Shown piece by piece: positions 49,400 through 62,316 of a DNA stretch of 64,000 nucleotides. Origin of the DNA: Stegostoma tigrinum. Lineage: Eukaryota. Positions within the stretch are counted from its first letter, which is position 1. Every line of letters starts with the position of its first letter. The stretch covers positions 93,150,458 to 93,214,457 of the forward strand of contig NC_081358.1 in NCBI RefSeq assembly GCF_030684315.1, in the 5' to 3' direction. The notes under the pieces were generated by a model. It ran no database searches. It had not been told where the DNA came from and saw only the letters and a program-made list of their open reading frames with translations. The translations under genes and the position numbers were made by a program.

Positions 49400-52300
49400 C
49401 CATCTGTTTTGAAACAGCTACTTGTAGGAAAATTTACATCAGAGCAGTGGAAGTGTTTCAAAAAGGAAATAGTGAAAGCACAGGACCAACATGTTCATGT
49501 AAAGATTGAGGATGGGACCAAGACCAGAAAACCTTTGTTACTGAGAAAGCCCAGAATTGGATAAGGGTTAAAAAAAAGGAAGCTTACAGTAGAAATGGAG
49601 GGCTCAAAATACCAGATACTCTAGAGGTGTATAGAACACTCAGGGGTTACTTAAGAAAAAAGAAATTGGAGAAGCAAGAAGGGCATGAGAAAGGATTGAT
49701 CAGTAAAATAAAGTCCATTTTATAAGCATATTAGGGACCAGATGATGACGAGGGGAAAAGTAGAGCTCTTTAGGGACCAAAGTGGAAAATATGGTGGAGC
49801 CAGAAGTCATGAGTGAGGTTTTAAATGAGTACTGTGCATATGTATTCATGATAGAGATGGACATGTAGGATTAAAATTCAAGGAGATGGATTGTGACATA
49901 CTTGAATTAATTACAATCGAGAGGGAGGAAATATGAGCAGGATTGACTTGGATAAATCGCCAGGCCCAGAAGAAAATTATCCCAGGCTGCTGTCAAAGGC
50001 TGGTGGATGGAGATTACAGGGACCCTGACATTAATTTTCAAATCCTGTCTGTGAGCAGGAACACCCGAATGGGATTGCAGGGCAGCGGATGCAACAGTAT
50101 TCAAATAGATGATTGGGGATGATTGGATTGTCCAAGGAGCTATGGACCAGTGAGTCTGACTTCAGTGCTAGGGAAATGTTTGGAAAATGTTTGAGCAACA
50201 CAATCAAACCACTTGCAGAAGCAGAGATTAATCAGAGCCTGATTTTTGTCAAGGAGCGATCTTGTCTGACAAAGTGTACGTGGATTTCAGCAAGGCTTTC
50301 TACAACAATTTGCATGAGAGATTGGTCAAGGAAGTAAGAGCCCATGCAATCCAGGGCAATGTAGCAAATGGCTCCGAAATTGGCTTAGTGGCAGGAAGCA
50401 AAGGAACTGCTGCCTGAAAGATTGGCAAAGACAGTAGCCATCGCAACATTAGAGAAATGTTTAGGTGAATACTTGAAATGCCATAGCATACAAGGCTGTA
50501 GGTCAGTGCTGGAGAAAATAGGAAGCATGGATAGGTACTTGTTGAACAGCATGGAGATGATGGGTTGAATGACTGCTTTCTGTGCTGTGAAACTGTATGA
50601 CTTTATTTCCCTGTTTATTTCATATTTTTTGCTGTGTTTAGTTTATCATATGTTCCTTTATTGATTTACTACATTTTGTCAGTTGGTTGGAAACCAACGT
50701 TTACTCAGTGAAGGGATGAGTAAAGGCCATTGCGGGTCAGAAGTGTGATAGGAAGTGTGATAGAAGCTAAGGTTTGGGGCTGGACTGAGGGACAGGATAC
50801 TTGGGCTGCAAGGGGTTTGGGGTCTTCCACTGGAAAGGAGAAATTGCACTGGTGAGGAGGCAGGTTGGATCCTGCCTGGAGGAAGACATTCATCAAATCA
50901 AGGAGATTTGGGAGATAGATCTAATTTTATGAGCTGTACTTTTGGGTTAGGTGGGGTCATGTTGATGTTGTGGTCCCAACCAATGTTAGCATATGGTGGG
51001 ACTGTTGAAACACCAGTAAAGGTGAAATTAACGCAGAAAGAGTAGGGCTGCATCTTCGAGTGGAAAGGTGTCAGAAACTGTGGTTTGACATGAGGGGAAA
51101 CATTGGTTCCCAAGGCCTAATCCAAGAGAAGGGTAGCAGCAAAGCTCTGATGTAGATCTGGTAGAAGTACTGAAGAGGGTGAATGTGAAGATCAGAAAAG
51201 GAAGTATTGGAAATCTGACAGTCAAGAAATAAACTTGCAAACTTTTAGTAGTACAGAACTTGAATATTGCTGAATGAAATCACAGTTTTTCAAAACTTTA
51301 TATCTAGCACTCATCAAGACAATTTACAAGAAATACCAAAGTTAAGGAAAAAAAAAGTTTTACTATATAAGAGGAAAGTGCTGATTGGTCAGCAAGTAGA
51401 TTGATAGAGGTATTGCCATGGAGAATGTTTTGGTTAATTGACTGTTGAATTTAAACAAAATTTGACAGTTAATTGTCAATTATCATTAACTAAACATTCA
51501 TTGATAGGTGTTTTCTATTGAATTCCTTATTATATTCACAGAGTTTATTACTTTAGTTATTTTCAGTATCCTTTATTTGAATATGGGATATAGATGTTGT
51601 TGGCAAGACCAACAATATTGCCATTTTTTAATTGTCTTTAAGAAGATAATATTATTAAGCCGGAGACGGTTGTAGAAAAGATTTACCTGACTTGCCAGGA
51701 ATGTAGGATTGAAATTATTAGGAGACGCTGGAGAGGCTGGGACATTTTTCACTGGAGGTTGAGGGGTGAACTTATTGAGGTTTACAAAATTGTGAGGATA
51801 TAGATAAGGTGAATGGCAATTGTCTTTTCCTTAGGCTAGAGGATTTCAAAATTAGGGGGCCTATTTTTGAGGTGAGAAGAGGAAAGATTAAAAAAAGACA
51901 TGAAGGGCAACGTTTTCACGTGAAGCGTGGTTCATGTGTGGAATGAACTTCCAGAGGAAGTGGTGGATGCAGGTACAGTTCCAACATATAAAAAACATTT
52001 GGATAAGTACATGGGAAAAAAACATTTCGAGGGGTATGGGCCAAGCGCAGGCAGGTGGGACTAGTTTAGTTTGAGATTATGATCAGCACGGACTGATTGG
52101 ATTGAAGGGTCTGTTTCTGTGCTGTATGACTCTGACAAAAAGGGGTAGGAGCAGAAATAGGTCAGCCAGCCCTTTGGGTCTGCTCCACCATTCAGGAAGA
52201 TTGTGGCTGATCTTCTACCCTGACTCCATATTTCCACACTGCTCCTACATGCCATCACTCCCTTAGTGCCTAAAGATCTGTGCTGAATAATCTGAACCTC

Positions 52301-54050
52301 TGAAAATCTGCAGTAGAGAATCCCAAAGACTGTTAGCCCATTGACTGACCAATTATTCTGAAACTGTGACTCCAGGTTGGAAACTCTTCAGTCAGGGGAA
52401 AATTTCTTGCTGGTGTCTAGCCTGTCAAATCCCTTAAGAGTTTTATGTGTTTCAATTAGATCACTTCTCATTCTTCTAAATTCTAGGGGAATATAGGTCT
52501 ACTCTACACAATAAATCTACATAGGACAATCCTGTCATCCCAGGAGTCAGTCTAGTGAGCCTTCGTTGCAATCCCTCCAAGGCAAGTATATCCTTCCTTA
52601 AGTAAGGAGTCTAAAACTTCATAGAGTACTCTGGGTCTGGTCTCATCAGAGCCCTGTATGATTATGGTAAGACTTCTTTACTCTGAAACTCCAAGCCCTA
52701 TATGATAAAGGCTAGTATTCTAGTTTCTTCATGAAGCTTGCTGTATCTACATGTTGGCTATCCGTTATTCGTATTCAAGGTCACCCAGGTCCCTCTGACT
52801 AGTAACATTTAGCAGTCTACCACTACAAGCACATTAATTAGAGGCAGAAGCAGGCTGTTGGGACCCTCAAACCTTCTCCGCCATTCAGAATGGTTGTTGC
52901 TAATCAGGTTGTGTTTCAAATTTCCCATTCACCTATGATAATCTTTGATTCTCCTGCCTAATATCATCATCTACCTCAGCCTTACAAATAATCCCACTGA
53001 TCCTGCCTTCAGTACCTTCTAAGACAGGGTGTTCATTGTTTTTTAAAGTTCTATTTCTGTACTCTTCCTTTCTAAGTGAATAAGTTCGTGTTTCCTTGTC
53101 CAGTCACTCATAACATTTACGTTCCTCATTTTCCCACCTATTGTTAGTGAACCTAGTTTGTAAAATCAGTCCCCTCAAGTATATCATTGATTTGGATTGT
53201 AAATGGTTGCTGCTCAGGCACTAGTCTTTGTGGGCCAGCTAGCTATATACAGCCTGCAAACCCATAAATTCCCATTCATTCCTACTGTTTGTTTTCTGTG
53301 AGTGGTTAATCCAACATTCTTTCTGATATATTACCCTCCATGCCATGTGCAGTAATTTTGTGTAATAACATCATGTGTGGCACTTCAAGGAAGGGATTTT
53401 GAAAAATCCACATACGCCGCATCTGTTGATTTCCCCTCGTCAAACGGTTTTCCATTAGACTGAAAACAGAAAATGCTGGAAATCACAGTGGGCCAGACAG
53501 CATCTGTGGAGAGAAAGCAAGCTAACATTTCAAGTCTAGATGACTTTAGTTTGCTCTGATGAGTCATCTCAACACAACAGTATCTTGCTCTCTCTCCACA
53601 GATGTTGCCTACCTGCTGTGATTTCCAGCATTTTGTTTTTCGTTTTTGGTACAGATTCCAGCATCTGCTGTAATTTGCTTCTTGCATGTCAATTCTCATT
53701 CATCATATGATTTTTGAAATAGTTCAATTACATTTGCTATATTCCAGTTAATTAGAACTGTTCTAAAATCTTGAGTCTTCTGTAAAATTAAAACAATGTG
53801 TGCATACCCTTTTAAAACCCTTTGATGCAGACCATCACATCTAGGGGATGTGTCAGCTTTCAAAATCATTATACTTCTCCTGCACTATTCCTTTACTACT
53901 GCTAATTTCGTTAATTTTCTCATTCTGACTAGACTCTTGATTCACTACTATTTCCAGAATGTTCTTTGTGTCTTCTGCTGTGAAGACAGACAGACAGACA
54001 TTACAAACAAAAACTGTCATTTCCTTATTTTGTAATCTGAGAAAGGACAA
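49400..54050. mobile_element. Cluster of degenerate CR1 fragments in both orientations, with embedded Penelope-like remnants (~51255-51540 and ~53460-53680)
   Basis: Recurrent CR1 motifs (RSCLT, DFSK, tggaatgaacttccagagg) and gagtcat-type tails. Confidence 0.7.
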
Positions 54051-54362
54051 TAAGAAGAAATGTGCAGGTAATTAAAGTGTAGTAGTAAATTAATTAAAAA
54101 TTGAAATAGTGTGTATGCCTAGAATTAACAAGGGGCCTAACGAAGGTAACAGGGCATTATTGACCAAAGTGACATCAGCAAACACTCAAAAAGACTTAAA
54201 GCTAAAAGCACCGTAAGTGAAGAAGATTTACAAATAAAAAAAGTGGATAGCACAGGTAGAAGATATTGGGTTTGATCTAATCATTGTGACAACAGGAGAC
54301 TTGATGGCCTGATGATATTATCGCTAGTCTGTTAATCCAGAAACCCCAATAATTGACTTCCC

Positions 54363-54645
54363 TACACTGTGGAAACAGGCCCTTCGGCCCAACAAGTCCA
54401 CACCGCCCCTTGAAGCATCCCACCCAGACCCATCCCCCTATAACCCACACACTCCTAAACACTACGGGCAATTTAGCGTGGCCTGCACATCTTTGGACTG
54501 TGGGAGGAAACCGGAGCACCCAGAGGAAACCCCACCCAGACACGGGGAGAATGTGCAAACTCCACACAGACAGTCGCCTGAGGCTGGAATCAAACCCGGG
54601 TCCCTGGCACTGTGAGGCTGCAGTGCTAACTACTGAGCCACCGTG
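54363..54645 (-). mobile_element. HE1-like V-SINE nested inside a plus-strand SINE (~54295-54930)
   Basis: Well-preserved HE1-like copy; the flanks rejoin to the 11930-type SINE. Confidence 0.85.
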
Positions 54646-56319
54646 GGGGTTCTGGGGACCCGGTTTGAATCCCACCACGGCAGATGTTGCAATTTGAATT
54701 CAATACAAAAAGTCTAGAAGTAAGAATCTAATGATGACCATGAATCCATTGTCGATTGTTGGGAAAAACCCACCTGCTTCACTCACCTCCGTTACGGAGG
54801 GAAACCGCCATTCCTACCAGGTCTGGCCTATATGTGACTCCAGACACACAGCAATGTGGTTGACTCTGAACTGCCTTCTAAATGCTGCGTAGCCAGTGAC
54901 ACACTCATCCTGTTAATGAATTTTTTCTTTTAAAAAGAGGGTGGAGTTTAACTCACTCAAACTCATTTATTTTCAAAGTTGAGAATAGACCTATGGTTAC
55001 AGAGTGGGTTAAGTTTGGAATAATATATTCCAGGACGTTCTTCATAAAAAATAACAATTTAAAGTAGAATTTCTATTTAAACTTAAACGGGATCAGGAGG
55101 AATCTAGTCAGGGTGAAATGGAACCTAGAACTAATAGAAGAAATTGTTTCAATTAATATGTTTCAAGGACCAGAATTCCAACAAGAGCAAAAGCTTGAAG
55201 TGATTTGTTTTGGCGGGAAGAATATTAGTATTAAAATGAACAATACAATTCTCTTGTGGTGTCGAAGCAGATGGACCTGGGTGGAAATGTGTATCATTGG
55301 AGGTGATTGGAAAGATTTAGAGTGCGGTGAAGAAAACATGCAGAATCTGAGGCTTCAGTAAAAGGTTGAGTGTTCAAGAGCAAGGAGGTTATGTAAAACC
55401 TCAGTTAAACACTAACTTAGTATCAGCTGGAGTATTGTGTCTGGTTCTGGCTACTGCACTTCACAAAATATGTGAAGGCATTTGAGAGTGTGCAGAAAAA
55501 ATTCATTGATGTGACTAGGGTTAAGGAAGTTTAGTTATTTAAGAAGTTTGGAGAAGATGCTGCAGTTTTCCTTGGAGAAGGTTGAAAGCTGACTTAGTGG
55601 AGGTATTCAAAATTATGAGGGATCTAGACAGAGTAGACCGAGATAAACTGGTGGAAGGAACAGGATTCAGCGAGTGCAAAATTAAGAAAATTGGCAGAGG
55701 AAAAGGGAGACATGAGGAGAAACCTTTTCACACAGTTGGTAGGATTTAGAATGTGCTGTCTGAAAGTGTGGTGGAAAATGGGCTCAAACAAGGCATTTAA
55801 AGGGGATTGAATTACACTCTTGGGGGAAAAAAAGGAGTAATTCTGTGAGTTTTTGTTTGCCTCTCCTAAAATTTCTACCTCTTTTGCACTGCTCAGAACA
55901 CCCACTTTGAAGTCACCAATGACATCCTCTGTTGTGTCACTTGTAGCATTTGACATGTTCTTGCATAACTTTTCGCCACGGTCTGCCTCCCCAGCATTGC
56001 CTTCACTTGCTTCTCCTGTTGCCTGTCACAATCTAGCTAGCACAAGTTTAGCATTGAGGCAAGTGTGGAGGGGGAGAAATGCCAGTTATCTTCAGTGCCC
56101 AAGTTTGTAGTCTTGGTTCCTTTTTTCATCATGCAGTACTCATCCATTGACATCTAATCAGTTTCCAGATAATTGCCCCAACTTTGCAATCCTTCATGTT
56201 CCTCAGATACACATCTGACATCAGGTTGTGGATGAACTTGAACTTTTCTCAACCGTTTTCCAATCCCAATTCCTAGTTTCTTGCTGTGTTACAAAGAAAA
56301 CCTGAGCTTTAAACATATC

Positions 56320-56477
56320 CGAGATAATGGGAACTGCAGATGCTGGAGAATCGAAGATAATAAAGTGTGAAGCTGGATGAACACAGCAGGCCAAGCAGCA
56401 TCTCAGGAGCACAATCTTGCGCTCCTGAGATGCTGCTTGGCCTGCTGTGTTCATCCAGCTTCACACTTTATTATCTC
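56320..56477. mobile_element. Young Penelope-like fold-back insertion: perfect 56-bp inverted repeat, 10-nt spacer, 10-bp TSD
   Basis: Arms 56355-56410 and 56421-56476 are exact reverse complements. taaacatatc occurs at 56310-56319 and 56478-56487. Confidence 0.92.
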
Positions 56478-56670
56478 TAAACATATCTGCTCATCATCAA
56501 AGTCAGAAGAACTTTAGTGTATAACTTTAGTATTACAGTGGGCACTCTGGTTATGAGTAGCTGTTGAGCAAACTCACTCCTTTTGCACATGAGCTGTTTG
56601 GTGAAGGTATTTTTCATTAAAGGGGCTGATGAATTGCAAGTTATTGAATGTGTAGCTGAATGTAGCATAA

Positions 56671-56817
<147 letters not shown>

Positions 56818-58829
56818 TAAGTTGGTTATTTGTTTAACTCTTCCTCAACCATGTTAATTTTATGATATTTAACTCTTCAACATACATGTTTTTGATCAAT
56901 AATTGACTAAAAACAAAATGAGAATACCTTCTAATCAATGACAGACATTTTGATCAGTTCTCTTAGACATTTTAATCAGTTCAATTCATCTAACTTCCAG
57001 AAAGAAAGCAGAAGCTCTTTCTATCTTGCTTCAAGCCTCCTGTTTATCTGCTTGTGAATTAATTACAAATCTATCTAATAGGGTTTGCATGCCCTCTGGT
57101 GGTAGGCTGAAGACGTAGTGCATTTTATTCTAGGATATGGACAAAGGAAAATATTTCTACAAATAATATGTAATAGAATTGTATGATAGCTGATACTTTA
57201 ATCACTTATATTTAGAAGTTAAAAACATATGATTCTGGAATAATTGATTTATGAAATTTGTATTATTGCTACTAACAAGTATTGTGAAATGTATCTAAGT
57301 TCGTTAAATTCAACATTATAGAACTGAAATTTACGGAGACGTTATAAGTGTAGTTAATGTAATCCTGGAATAAAGCAAACATCAGGGAGGTTTATTTAAA
57401 TGAGGCTGGCTAAATGCAAGACATTTTCCTGCTATTCTTGAACATATGCCCCAAGGGGCAATGAACTATGTTTACACCATTCGCAACAATGAAACTGGTT
57501 GCAAACTGAACATAAAAGAGAATGTTGGAAAAACTCAGCAGTTCAGGGAGTTTTTGTGGACAGTGAAATATTTTAACGTTTCAGATTGAAGCTCTCATCA
57601 GAACCAGGAATACTGCTCGCAATTACAAACACATTGTCAAAATCCACAACAATTTATTTATCACTGTCTACCACAAATGTTGATAAGTCTTGAATGGTTA
57701 GTATGGTTTTGTGACTAGCCTGTTAGCAAAACCCCATTGCTGCACTTTGTTAATTCACTTGAAGGTAGAAAGCAGTGATACAATTAGACGGTGAGTTTTG
57801 TGCTTGTAATGTATTGTAGAACATAAGTAACGTAACTAAGAATAATATGCTGCTCGTCATAGATGTGTACTTTCCATCAGAAGTAACTCATTGGGAATGT
57901 TGTCAGCAAGTGGTGGGTTGAAGGCCTATCCCAGAGTCTTGAGAACAAAGTCTAAACTAACACTCCAGTGAAATCATCCAAGAGTGCTGCACTGTTGCAG
58001 GTGTAGTGTCCCACGTACAATGTTTAACAAGGCTCTTGCTTTGCTCTCGTGTTTGTATGAAAGAGCCCACTGTACAATTTCAATGCAAAGAAGTTGCGTT
58101 GTCCCTGCTACCGTGCCCTAAGTTGTAGAGGGAGGAGATGGCGTAGTGTAAATGTCATTGCACTGGTATTCCAGTACGTTAGGCTGATGTTCTGAGGACA
58201 TGGGTTTGAACCTCACTGTGGTAGATGCAAATAAAAATCTGTAAATAAAAGCTATTCTAATGGGAACTGTTGATTTTCATAAAAGCCTGTAAGACACAGA
58301 AGGAGGTGTAGGCTATTGAATTCATTGCGTCTCCTTGGCCATTTATTTATTAATGTCCTTTAGGAAAATAAATCTGTGTCTTTCCTGATCTGGCCTACGT
58401 GTGACTGCAAACCTACAGCGATGTGCTTGAGATTCCGTGAATGAAAACTTGAAAAAAAAATTCATAACAGCTTAGTTGGGCATCATCATGTTGCAGTTTG
58501 TGGGATCTTCCTGGATTTGAATTAGCTGCTGCATTTCCTATATTACAAAGTGACTTTGAAATATTATTTAAATGTTATTGGATTGGTAAAAGTTGATATA
58601 CAAAGCAACCTAGACGTTCTTGTACACCAGGCATAGCAAGTAACCTTACAATTGCAGCAACCGGTTGGGAAGCCGAATGGTATCTTGGCCTTCATTGTGA
58701 GATAATTTGAGTTGATGTTTTCCTAATCAGCCTGTTCAGAGATGTGATTACATACATCTGGAGTAGGTGCGATTTTAACCCGGGCCTCTTGGTCTAGCGG
58801 TAGCTGCACTGCCACAGCACGAGAGTCAG

Positions 58830-60240
58830 AGAGATAGAGACCTACAGCACAGAAGAATCTGCACTGGTCAGAAACAGCTACCTAGATATTCAAGTCCCAC
58901 TTTATATCGTGCTTGGCTGATACCTTTGCATGCCTTGGCATTATAAGTGCACATCTAAATACTTCTTCAATGTTTTGAGGAGTTCTGCCTCTACTATCCT
59001 TGCAGCCAGGAAATTCCAAATTTCCACCAAATCCATCACCTCACATTTAAGTAGACTGAATTCTCTTTGCCAATGATCAGCCTGTCTGATCTGTTTATCT
59101 GTATTCTCTGTTGATCTAAGGCTGTCCTCCTCACTATTTACCAAACCACCAATTTTTGTAACATCTGCAAACATATTGATCAACCCTCCTACATTCAAAA
59201 CTAAATCATTTATATAAAACACAAATAGCAAGAGACCAGCACTGACCCCTGGGAACCCCAATGGACGCAGATTTCCAATCAGAAAAACACCCCTCAATGT
59301 GCCATTTAGCGAATTTTGAATTCAATTTACCAAATTTCCTTGGATGCCATGGCCTGTTGCCTTTGCTATCAGTCTCCCATCCAAGTAGACTACGCTGAAT
59401 ACATTGCCCTCATCTACATACCTGGCCGCCTTTTCAAAAAACTCAATCAAGTTGGTCAGACAGAGGCTCCCTTTAACAAAATCACGCTGATTGTTCCTGA
59501 TTAATACCTGCCTCTCCAAATGCAGGTGGAAATGAGTACCCTACAGGGTTTGAGCACCAGAACAAGGAAGTCTTGCTGTAGCTATACAGGGTGAGCCCAC
59601 CCCTGCAATCTTGTGCAGTTTTGATCTCCTTACCTACATTCCCTTTGATATGTAGGGACCTCTGAGTGGTGACACAGTGGTATATATTAGAATGAACATT
59701 GTGTTTTAATGAAGATACAATTGCCATGGAGGGAGTGTAGTGAAGACTATCTAGACTGATTCCTGGAATGATTGATTTTGATGTATAAGGGGTGACTGGG
59801 TTGAATGGGAGTGTATTCATTGGAGTTTAGGAGGGTAAAGGCAGATCTCATTGAAATGTGTAAAATTCTGACAGGGCTGGACAGACTGGATGTGTGTATG
59901 ATGTTTTCCCCGGCTGGGGCGGTAGGGGTGTGTCCAGAACAAAGCTGGGTGATCACACTTTCAGGACGGCAGGTGATTATAGGCCGAGTTTGTTATTTCT
60001 TCACACAAGCGCTGGTTATTTCTTCACACAAATGCTGACGAACCTGTGGAATTCTGTACCAGGAACTCTGTGGGCGCAATGTCACAGAAATTATTTCAGA
60101 AAGAATTGGTGGATTTCTGGAAGCTAAACGTGTCAAGGGGAATGGAGAGAAAGTGGGCATGTGGCAATGTGGTAGAGAATCATAAAGAATGGCAGAATGT
60201 TCTCAATAGACCAAGTGGGCTCATCCTGCTCCTGTTTTAG
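58830..60240. mobile_element. CR1 fragments (minus ~58830-59520, plus ~59560-60240)
   Basis: ORFs contain FYINDLVLNVGGLINMFADVTKIGG, SLCLTNLIEFFE and RVKADLIEMCKIL. Confidence 0.85.
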
Positions 60241-61433
60241 GATTAGAGTTACATTTTACTGTCACATGCACTTAAGTTTAAGAATACGGTGAAAAGTGTA
60301 TTCTTCAGTGTGAGCTCGATAACGAAAGCCAGAATTTTAAAAAAGACCCCAGCAAATAATGAAACAAAGTCAAAAGGAAAGAAAAACATCCAGATCTTAA
60401 AGAAAGAAAAATGTCCAGATTTTGAAGTCCCATCTCAGTAAAGATGTATGGAATGCCCAACTTCCAATACAACACCCTCGCTGCGGCATGCAGTTTGTTA
60501 CTGATGCCGCTGCCTCCGATCACTGGGAAAAGCTTTACCGCTTTCTACTTCAGCATAAGCTCAAGGAACAACAAATTAACTGTTTTTAGACACTTTACAG
60601 CCATCTCTAATCATTGTAGAATTCAACAGTTTCTAAATGTTAGCTATTAGCGATGATTAAACTTTCCCCAGTTATACATCCTCAGTGTGCTTCCTTTTGT
60701 TTATTTATTTGTTCCATAACAACCTCTCTTTGCCTTTCACTATCTTCTGCTCATCCATTAATCTTTTTTGGCTTTCCACTATGTCACAGAGCATTCCATT
60801 TGGTAAATTCCCCTTTCCCACTTTGTGAGCCTTACTTTAAAACTAGCCTCTTTTGAAGTGTAGTTGCTGTTGTAATGTAGGAAATGCAGCATGCAACAAT
60901 TCCCACAAACAACAATTTGGTTGAGGGATAAATTATTGACCGGGATGATGGAACCCTCCACCTGCTCTCTTTGAAATAGTATTACGGAATCCTTTATATT
61001 CAGGCACCTGAATAATGCAGTACTTACTCAGTCTTGCACTGGAGTGATAATCTTGATTCTTTTCTAATGCTCGGGTCCTGGAGTATGTTTGTATCCCGAA
61101 TTTGAGACTTTAAGAGCTGAGTGTGAAATTCCTTCCCAGGCACTGTGATGCAAAGCAATTTGAAAGTTCCTGCCCGTGCCGGCCACAAGTGCGAAAATGC
61201 CCATGGACTCCAAAAAAATAAGAGAATGTGTTATGTGAGAATAGTACTGATGGAGTCACAGCTTACACCTGCATAATAATAGTTTCAACATCAGATCCTC
61301 CCAGGCCTCAAACATCTTGTGTAGGCTTGGATTGGGGGAATTTCACAAATTTCCTACGTCATCACCACCATGGTCTCATTTCTGACTCACCACAAACAGT
61401 GTAACATTAAATTTGTTATTGCAGTTATAACAA

Positions 61434-62055
61434 TACTATGGCTTTAAGAAATGTATTTTATTCTTTTTATTTTGCAGAGAGATTTTGAGGCAGAGGTAAT
61501 GAGCTGTCTCTTGAAAGCTGTTAAAGTAAACAGCTTCTTTCTTTTAAAGTTGGAACAATAGAAGCAGCCTGAATGGGTGGGGAAAGCTCCCACAAAACCA
61601 GGATTTTTAATTTTACCTCTCAGCAGTTGTTGCTGGGGTCTCGGCATGGTTTGGAAGTTACAGTACATCCCTTCCTGCCACACTATCTCAGAGTTTTCTG
61701 TTGGTCTTTTCCTGCTGCTGAAGTTGCATATGAGACAATTTGTTTTCTGAATTTGCCTTTGTCAAGGCAATGTTTATTGGATGTTACTATATTAGAAGAG
61801 TTAATTAATAGTAGTTACTGTATTTCTTATTTTGTTAGCATTCCAATAGAGTTACCAACTAAGACAATCCTTTTCTTTATTTTTTTTCTTTTGTATTTTA
61901 CCTATAGTGTATGAATAAAGTTTGTTTTGCTTAATATGACCAATCAAATTGCATCTGGAACCCAACAACTTACATTTACCTTTAAAATAAGAGAATGTTA
62001 GGGTCGAGGCTACGTTTTTAATATATTTTGAGGGGGTTTGGCCAGGTCCATAACA
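61434..62055 (+). mobile_element. Putative solo LTR (Gypsy-like)
   Basis: Ends in CCATAACA, starts with degenerate tactatgg (TGTTATGG-like) and has an internal AATAAA near 61914. No clear TSD. Confidence 0.5.
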
Positions 62056-62216
62056 CATCAAGCTACTTAGCAGGAAGAAATTTATTTTTATTGAATGCAT
62101 TTTGTGACACCTAGAAAACTTTGAATTAATCCTAAAAGCTGTAGGCTATGGACTGCAGGCTGTGATGCGGGACTTATTTGATGAGATCCGTCTAACTTTT
62201 TTTTTAATGTTAACAG

Positions 62217-62316
62217 TGCCATTTCTTTTCTGGAAGCACTAGTGTGCATCAAGTTTGGTCAAGATTTGTTCTCCAAAACAGTAGGACTGTACGTCATTCT
62301 TTGGCTTATTTGCATG
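62217..62316 (+). CDS. PTDSS1: PTDSS1 coding exon 10 (gene continues beyond the window)
   Basis: [33 protein letters not shown]; 100 nt. The cumulative 1173 nt stay in frame. Confidence 0.95.
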
